DNA of 39,679 nt from a virus (lineage: Duplodnaviria; Caudoviricetes): positions 1 to 39,679 of IMG/VR virus record IMGVR_UViG_3300032277_000022; one strand, written 5' to 3'. Under the pieces are notes generated by a model that was not told where the DNA came from, searched no databases, and saw only the letters and a list, made by a program, of their open reading frames with translations. This document shows, piece by piece, positions 34,079 through 39,679 of this stretch (position 1 is its first letter; each line of letters starts with the position of its first letter). Made by a program: the position numbers and the translations under genes.

Positions 34079-34425
34079 CAGAGAGCGAGCCCCCTCATGG
34101 AGTCCACGGTTCGCGCCACCTGGCGAAGGCCGTGGACAATCTGCTTCGTCACCGGCTGCACGCTGCGCACCCAGTTGGTCTCGACCCAGGGCTCGGACAC
34201 CGGCTCGTCCAGGTAGGGCTCCAGCAGCTCCTTCGTGCGCTCCTCGCTCAGGTCGCGCCCGGTCGCCTTGGAGACCACCTTCTCATGCATCGTCACCGCG
34301 TTGCGGTCGGCCTTCTGCTCCTTGCCCACCATCCGGAGGCTGATCGGCCCCTCGGGATCCTGGAGCGCCTTGCGGATGGCCGCGGGCCAGTCCTTCGCCT
34401 CCTCGCTGCTGTACGTGAACCTCAT
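34078..34425 (-). CDS. Hypothetical protein (115 aa) at the terminase small subunit position
   Basis: Start reassigned to ATG 34425 (ATGA overlap, GAGG RBS); TerS role inferred only from position. Confidence 0.6.
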   Translation of the reverse strand: MRFTYSSEEAKDWPAAIRKALQDPEGPISLRMVGKEQKADRNAVTMHEKVVSKATGRDLSEERTKELLEPYLDEPVSEPWVETNWVRSVQPVTKQIVHGLRQVARTVDSMRGLAL

Positions 34426-34619
34426 GCCGTAGCCTCGGCCAGCTTCTCGGGGGCCAGCTCGCGCAGCCACGCGACTGCCTGCTTCACGCGAGCCTTGTCA
34501 CGGTCGCGCTTCTCATAGCCGGACAGGGGCAGCGCGTCCCGCTCGCGCAGGAAGCGGCCAGCCTCCCGCTCCTCCATCCACTTGATGCGTTCGATCTCTG
34601 ACTTCAGTTGTTCGGTCAT
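34422..34619 (-). CDS. Hypothetical helical protein (65 aa)
   Basis: AAGGAG RBS, ATGA coupling. Confidence 0.7.
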   Translation of the reverse strand: MTEQLKSEIERIKWMEEREAGRFLRERDALPLSGYEKRDRDKARVKQAVAWLRELAPEKLAEATA

Positions 34620-35023
34620 GTCGTCTCCTTGGTCTCGGTCTTCTCTCCACGCTTCTTCCTGCGCCGGTCGCGCAGCTGGTCGAGCAGCACCCCACCCGCG
34701 CCGGTGACGCCCACCGCACCCAGGAGGGCCATCTCAAGCACCCGCATCGCGCGGTCCTCGGCCTCCTCCTCGATCACGGCCAGGCGCTCGGCGTGCTGCT
34801 TGTCCGCCGCGTCCAGGCGGCGGTTGTAGGCGGCGGCAAGCTCGTCGGTCGCAGCGGCCTGCACCTTCTCCCGGCCCGTCCAGCTCGCGCGCATGTCCTG
34901 GAGGTCGCCCACCGTCGCCGGGGCGTACCGGCAGCTCGACGCGATGAGCACGATCAGCACGGCGATCGCAGCCACGAAGGCCAGGTCGAGCAGGTTCAGG
35001 GGCATCGGGTCGCGTCTCATCAT
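34616..35023 (-). CDS. Putative lipoprotein with coiled coil and C-terminal membrane helix (135 aa)
   Basis: Hydrophobic N-region ending LIASS-C, helical middle, ALLGAVGVTGAGGVLL then RDRRRKKR. Confidence 0.7.
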   Translation of the reverse strand: MMRRDPMPLNLLDLAFVAAIAVLIVLIASSCRYAPATVGDLQDMRASWTGREKVQAAATDELAAAYNRRLDAADKQHAERLAVIEEEAEDRAMRVLEMALLGAVGVTGAGGVLLDQLRDRRRKKRGEKTETKETT

Positions 35024-35024
35024 C

Positions 35025-35714
35025 TCAGCTCCCGAAGTAGGCTCGCGACGTTCGCCGGGGGATGGTGTCGATCTCCAGGTCCACGCCGCACATCCCCTTG
35101 GTCTTCGTCTTCACCGTGTACTCGGCCCGGTAGGTCCGCCCTCCCTCCGTCAGCAGATCCCCCTGGATCCGGTGCGAGAAGCTGTACCCCTGCGCGTCCG
35201 CCTTCCACGTGGCGTCCACCACCAGGGCCGTGCCGATGAAGTCGTCCACCACCAGCTCCTCCTGGTGCACCGGGTCTGCTGAGTCGTCCCTGCTCTCGTC
35301 GAACAGCAGGAAGATCACCGCAAACACGTCTGTCTGAAGGACTTGCGACAGGTCTGCGGAGGTGATGCGCCCTCGCACCCACACGTCCTGGCCCTCCTTG
35401 CTCTTGTACCGCTTGGTCATGGTCGGGTCGTTCCCCTGGTCAAAGAAGTGGCGGCCCGCGAGGGTCACCTGGACGGTAGGCACCAGGCCCGTGCCCTCGG
35501 CCTCTGGCCCGAAGGGCTCGATGAGCTGCGTGTAGATCGGGCCGACCCTATCGCTCACCACCGGGGCGAGCTGGTCGTCCAGGCGCACGTGCACCGAGAC
35601 CGGCACCCCCACGCGCCGGATGCGCGTCTGCGTCACCGGCATGAGCCCGGCGTCGACCGCGTTCACGCTGCTAGGCGTGCCGAGACCGTTCAGAATGAGG
35701 GTGACGAGGACCAC
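35025..35714 (-). CDS. Probable virion structural protein (about 229 aa)
   Basis: Likely GTG start at 35714 overlapping the upstream TAG; beta-rich C-half ending GGRTYRAEYTV; an internal start at MTKRYK is possible. Confidence 0.6.
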   Translation of the reverse strand: MVLVTLILNGLGTPSSVNAVDAGLMPVTQTRIRRVGVPVSVHVRLDDQLAPVVSDRVGPIYTQLIEPFGPEAEGTGLVPTVQVTLAGRHFFDQGNDPTMTKRYKSKEGQDVWVRGRITSADLSQVLQTDVFAVIFLLFDESRDDSADPVHQEELVVDDFIGTALVVDATWKADAQGYSFSHRIQGDLLTEGGRTYRAEYTVKTKTKGMCGVDLEIDTIPRRTSRAYFGS

Positions 35715-36340
35715 TAGGTCGCTTCGTAGAAGTCGATCACGATGCCGAGCGGCTGCGAGTTGCCCGCCCGGTTCGTGAGCCGGATGAGGTAGGTCTCGCT
35801 GTTCTCCAGCAGCCACTCCGCGAAGCTGGAGCCCGTGCCGCCTCCAGATTGCGCCTTCGTCCCGCCAGGGATCAGCCCGGCAGCGATCTGCGTCCCGTCC
35901 AGCGTGAGCGTGGGGGAGTGAGACACCGTGGTCGAGGCCACGTTCGCGCTCGTCCGGTTCTTGTTCGTGGGCGTGATCGAAGTCCCCGCGTTCGAGAACG
36001 TGGTCCCCTCGAACAGGTACGCCTCCGAGTCGCCGCCGACCGCCACCGACATCAGCGTGTGGGCGTGCAGAGAGGCGTCGATCTGGATCAGCAGCTCGAT
36101 GGATGCGTTGTCCGCGACAGCCATGTCGTGATAGCCCGCCGCGTACATCGTCCCTTGGTGGATCCGCAGGTGGATCGAGTCCTCGGTCACCACGGGCAGC
36201 CGGTTCTCTGCGGTGATGTCCGTCGCCGTGCCGTCAGCGCCCCAGGCGACCTTGACGATCTGGTACTTCTTCGCGCTCACCTCGTCGGCGGCGATCAGGT
36301 CGCCAGCCACGCCAGGGTTCAGTCGGATGTTGTCAGCCAT
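35714..36340 (-). CDS. Virion structural protein (208 aa)
   Basis: MADN...IAADEV...YQIVK.AWGADG.ATD....RLPV N-terminal motif recurrent in phage structural genes; Thr/Ser/Gly-rich. Confidence 0.7.
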   Translation of the reverse strand: MADNIRLNPGVAGDLIAADEVSAKKYQIVKVAWGADGTATDITAENRLPVVTEDSIHLRIHQGTMYAAGYHDMAVADNASIELLIQIDASLHAHTLMSVAVGGDSEAYLFEGTTFSNAGTSITPTNKNRTSANVASTTVSHSPTLTLDGTQIAAGLIPGGTKAQSGGGTGSSFAEWLLENSETYLIRLTNRAGNSQPLGIVIDFYEAT

Positions 36341-36762
36341 TACTCGGAGTCCGTCTCCCAGATCACCAGGCCGCCGCCCGGATCCACGGTGTAGTCCGTG
36401 CCGTCAGGCTGCGCGGCAACGTCCACGCAGATGAGCGGCACCCAGTCAGTCTCAGCCGCCGCGCCGGTCAGGTCGATCGCGTACAGCACGTGTTCGATGT
36501 CCGGCACGTTCGCCGCGAGCAGCGAGAACGTCACCGGGTCGTGGTTCAGGTACACCTGCGACCCCGTGGTCGTCAGCGTCACGCTCGCAGCCGTCTGCTC
36601 GGTAACGGCCTTGGTGTACGAGAAGTCGGCCAGGGTCGTCGCCGTGTTCCAGAGAGCGTCCGTGATGTCGCTCGACTCCTCGATCAGGATCACCTTGAGG
36701 TCGGTAGTCAGGTCGAGCTGGGCGGCGATGCCCTGCGGGCTTGTGCGTCGGATGGATGCCAT
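36340..36762 (-). CDS. Virion structural protein (140 aa)
   Basis: Start reassigned to ATG 36762 (TGATG overlap); DLKVIL...DPVTF...PLIC.D...PDG.DYTV pattern of small phage structural proteins. Confidence 0.7.
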   Translation of the reverse strand: MASIRRTSPQGIAAQLDLTTDLKVILIEESSDITDALWNTATTLADFSYTKAVTEQTAASVTLTTTGSQVYLNHDPVTFSLLAANVPDIEHVLYAIDLTGAAAETDWVPLICVDVAAQPDGTDYTVDPGGGLVIWETDSE

Positions 36763-36998
36763 CAGAATCTCTTTCCCAGGCGGAAGTCTCGGGGGTAGTG
36801 GTGCTCGGCGCGGTAGTACGCCGCGCGAATGCGCAGTTGCAGGTGCTCCGTGATCGGCTCGTCGCGCAGGTGGAACACGTGCTTGCGGTACTCGTCCATG
36901 CGGAACTCCTCGCCCCAGCCGGGCTGCATCGAGGCTTCCACGAACTCGGTAAACTTGTCCATGTCGTCGTCCCAGTCCTTCTCGAAGCGGCTCTTCAT
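36762..36998 (-). CDS. Hypothetical protein (78 aa)
   Basis: TGATG coupling at both ends; GC3-rich codons. Confidence 0.7.
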   Translation of the reverse strand: MKSRFEKDWDDDMDKFTEFVEASMQPGWGEEFRMDEYRKHVFHLRDEPITEHLQLRIRAAYYRAEHHYPRDFRLGKRF

Positions 36999-38905
36999 CA
37001 GGGCACCACCACGGGTTGTCCGAAGAAGGCCTGGTGCAGGGCGAGCAGCTCGATGCGCGCCGCGTCGTCGGCGCTCGAACCGCCAGAGACCACGTTCGTC
37101 GTCTCCTTCGGGTCCGTCGCCAGGTTGAACAGCTGGTAGCTCTGCGCCGTCTCGCCGGTCTCGAAGATTCGCCGCAGCTTGTAGCCCTCCCCGTCCGTGC
37201 TCGACTCCGTGCCCACGATGCTGAAGTCGTACAGCGTGACCTCCTGGGCCACGTCATCCACGTACCCAGGCTCGAAGACGCAATGGGTCGTGAACTGCTT
37301 GCTCGGCGCGGCCAGGTTCCAGAACGACTCGTAGAAGCTCTCGCCGTCGATCTTCGCCAGCTCCGTCGCGCCCAGGGTCGCGCGCCAGCCAGGGGCCACG
37401 ATGTCCAAGATGGTCGGGTAGAAGTCGCAGGCGTCCACGTACCGATCGCAGTCCTGCCCCCGCACATCGCTGGACAGCGGCCCGCCCCAGACGATCAGCG
37501 GGGTGAGGATGCCCTCGTCCTTCGTCGTGCCCTTCGCGTCGGAGTACACGTGGTACAGCTCGCTGACGGTCGCGCTCACCTCGCCGGTCGTCGTCGGCGG
37601 GATGCAGTTGTAGTACGGCGTGCCGGGGCCGCTTGACAGGTCCGTGAACTCAGGCGTCTCAAGCGGGGTCGCCGCGCGTTGCAGCTCGCCGTTGTCCGAG
37701 TAGTGCATCCACAGCGTCCGCGCGTACTCCTGCGGGTGGTTCACCTTCACGTAGTCGTTCAGCATCCCGGCCAGCGTGTCCACCACCTCAAGCGCGGCCC
37801 GCGCGCGCCGCCACTCGACGTGCACCTGGCCGCTCGGGCCGTAGACGCCCGTGGTCGGATCGTCGTCCGGCTGCCCGGTCCGGTCGAACCCGCCGTCCGT
37901 CGTCTCGCCGTTGTTCCCCGCCGCGTCCGGGATCAGCTCGGCTTGCGTGTAGCAGGAGAACAGCGCCACCTCCACGCCGTCCGGGTTCGCCGGGTCCACC
38001 ATGAGCTGCACCGGCTCCATCGCGGGCAGCAGGTCGTGAATCAGGTTCATCTCCCAGTCGATGATCCACGGCTTGCCCGCCGCCACGCACTCGTCGATGT
38101 AGTACGTGGCCTTCTTGTACATCAGCGCCGGGCTGTACACGTCGCCCTCGGGCAGCGGCAGCGCGCCAGGCGGCAGGTCGCCCTCGAAGTCGCCCGCGTA
38201 GTACACCTCGTGCACGTCCGCGTCCGTGTAGCTGTACGGGAAGTTGAAGAAGCCGTAGAGCGGCTGGCCGTTGCCCAGGCGCAGGCATTCGTGTGCCACA
38301 TCAAAGCCAGCCTCGTCCACGATGGCGCGCGGGTTGAGCCTGGTGCTCAGGATGCCCTCGCCCGTGACGACATCCGGCTGGTACTCGTACAGGTGGTACT
38401 TGCCGAACATCCCGGTGCCGTGGGGCGCTCCAGAGGCGCGGACCAGGCCCGGCCAGGGGTTCTGCTCGGCCACGATCCCGATGTGGAAGGGGTCGTTGCT
38501 GTCCGGCGTGTTCGCGATCACGTCTCCGACGCCCGTGCCGTCCGGGTGCAGCGTGGTCCGGTGCCCCTGCCTGCCGGTGAAGATCGCGGCCCTGGTCGGC
38601 GCGCACCTGGCGTCCACCCTTGCCTGCGTGAACCGGATGCCCTCCGTGATGAACCCGGCCAGCCTCGGCATCGAGGCGTGGGGGTACGTCCCCGGCCAGC
38701 GGTTGAAGTCGTCGTAGGACGGCATCTGGCTGCGCCCCGTGTCGTCCATCATCCACAGCACCAGGTTCAGCGGGGGCTGCGCACGGATCTGCTCGCGCCC
38801 ACCCACCTGGACGGGCTGGCGCTCCGGGTTGCCTCCTACGCTGACGGGTAGCTTCAAGGGGATGCGTCCTCGGGCGGTGGGGTCACTGGGGCCGGGAAGG
38901 GTCAC
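36998..38905 (-). CDS. Formylglycine-dependent (S1 family) sulfatase, 635 aa
   Basis: NLVLWMMDDTG, C-A-P-T-R-AAIFTGR (38591-38605), GMFGKYHL, LIH, YSDNG, KGT..DEGI.TPLIVWG, DFYPTI, IDGES, YKL, LFNLATDPKETTN. Confidence 0.93.
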   Translation of the reverse strand: MTLPGPSDPTARGRIPLKLPVSVGGNPERQPVQVGGREQIRAQPPLNLVLWMMDDTGRSQMPSYDDFNRWPGTYPHASMPRLAGFITEGIRFTQARVDARCAPTRAAIFTGRQGHRTTLHPDGTGVGDVIANTPDSNDPFHIGIVAEQNPWPGLVRASGAPHGTGMFGKYHLYEYQPDVVTGEGILSTRLNPRAIVDEAGFDVAHECLRLGNGQPLYGFFNFPYSYTDADVHEVYYAGDFEGDLPPGALPLPEGDVYSPALMYKKATYYIDECVAAGKPWIIDWEMNLIHDLLPAMEPVQLMVDPANPDGVEVALFSCYTQAELIPDAAGNNGETTDGGFDRTGQPDDDPTTGVYGPSGQVHVEWRRARAALEVVDTLAGMLNDYVKVNHPQEYARTLWMHYSDNGELQRAATPLETPEFTDLSSGPGTPYYNCIPPTTTGEVSATVSELYHVYSDAKGTTKDEGILTPLIVWGGPLSSDVRGQDCDRYVDACDFYPTILDIVAPGWRATLGATELAKIDGESFYESFWNLAAPSKQFTTHCVFEPGYVDDVAQEVTLYDFSIVGTESSTDGEGYKLRRIFETGETAQSYQLFNLATDPKETTNVVSGGSSADDAARIELLALHQAFFGQPVVVP

Positions 38906-38908
38906 CGA

Positions 38909-39679
38909 TCAGGTAGTGGCGGTCTTGTGGAGCTGCGCGGGGCTGGCGACCAGCTTCAGGCGGGCCGGGGCTTCCGCCGTGTGGTCGGAGTAGAGCCCGA
39001 ACAGGTCCGCGTAGCAGCGCCGCTGCGTGTCCGGCGCGGTGATGAGCGTGTTCGGCAGGTCGCCCGCGTCCATCGTGAGCGCGATGCCTCGCTTGCCGGT
39101 GCCACCGGTCAGGGGCTCGTCGGTGAAGTCGGCAGCCGCAGGCAGGTAGCCGCCCGTCGTCGTGACCGCGCACATGTTGCCCCAGGTGCCGCCGTCGCGC
39201 GCCTCGATGACCAGCGTGTCCGTGAGCGAGCGGTACGCGACCAGCTCCTCGCAGCTCTGCGTGCCTGGGCCTGCGGACATGATGTCGCCGGGGTCGAGCG
39301 TGCCGTTGATGGCGTTGACCAGGCGGTCGATCACGGTGCCGATCCCCGCAGACCCGGAGAGCGCGCTCTCGACGCGGATCTGGTCCGCACCGGAGAGCGC
39401 GGTCGGCGGGTCGGTCGCCTCGAACGTGTACGTGCGCTGCGTGATCGTCGGCAGGTCCGGGTTCGAGAGGTTCACGTACTCGATCACCATCGTGTCCGTA
39501 TCTGCCGGGATCGTGTCGATCGTGATCTCGAGCCCAGCTCGCACTCCCCGCTGCGTGGCTGCGCCCTCGGCCAGCAGGTTGTCGCGGTCGCTGTCCCACA
39601 GCTCCCAGGTGAGGCCCAGGCCCGGCGTGGGGGTCGTGGCCGTGTCGAAGGGCCGCAGGTTGGTCGCGCCCACGTCCAG
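38909..39679 (-). CDS. 5'-truncated virion structural protein
   Basis: Frame open to the window end; Thr/Gly/Asp-rich; TYTFE...LVNAING...IEARDGG.WGN...LTGG module. Confidence 0.7.
   Translation of the reverse strand: MDVGATNLRPFDTATTPTPGLGLTWELWDSDRDNLLAEGAATQRGVRAGLEITIDTIPADTDTMVIEYVNLSNPDLPTITQRTYTFEATDPPTALSGADQIRVESALSGSAGIGTVIDRLVNAINGTLDPGDIMSAGPGTQSCEELVAYRSLTDTLVIEARDGGTWGNMCAVTTTGGYLPAAADFTDEPLTGGTGKRGIALTMDAGDLPNTLITAPDTQRRCYADLFGLYSDHTAEAPARLKLVASPAQLHKTATT

Larger units (their letters stand above)
1..39679. mobile_element. Tailed dsDNA bacteriophage genome fragment (podovirus-like); prophage status undetermined
   Basis: Ordered terminase-portal-scaffold-capsid-adaptor-nozzle-ejection protein module, RecE/RecT-like pair, HNH and DUF1064 genes, dense small coupled ORFs; no housekeeping genes, no tape measure, tail tube or sheath genes recognised. 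Confidence 0.96.

Noticed and set aside
36340-37467. 375-aa ORF call, and similar upstream extensions at 30612-32711, 9430-10518, 1156-1884, 1404-2132 and 2690-3430
   Set aside because: The extensions overlap better-supported genes; downstream starts have RBS or stop-start coupling.
1-39679. Alternative genetic code, tRNA genes, integrase or att sites
   Set aside because: Genes tile cleanly with standard stops, and no cloverleaf or recombinase motifs were seen by eye.

Overview
High-GC (~69% by eye) fragment of a tailed dsDNA phage with podovirus-like (P22/T7-style short tail, ejection-protein) organisation. No integrase, att site, polymerase, lysin, tRNA or CRISPR array was recognised. From right to left on the minus strand: extra virion genes including a complete formylglycine-type sulfatase (36998-38905), terminase large subunit, portal, scaffold, major capsid, decoration, head-tail adaptor, a 1604-aa nozzle with a very large insertion, two ejection-type proteins, and a 2936-aa polyvalent protein. 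That giant carries an HExxH zincin motif, a Dam/D12-class adenine methyltransferase domain, an EIQSDWHQ domain and a C-terminal LPD38-like domain. A small, codon-biased 69-aa gene with its own RBS appears nested in another frame directly behind the methyltransferase domain. A divergent switch (LexA-like DNA-binding domain without peptidase) separates a plus-strand wHTH-RecE-like-RecT operon from a minus-strand array of small translationally coupled accessory genes whose junctions share repeated microhomologies. Weak clues point to a Planctomycetota host. All family calls are from motif recognition by eye, not database searches.
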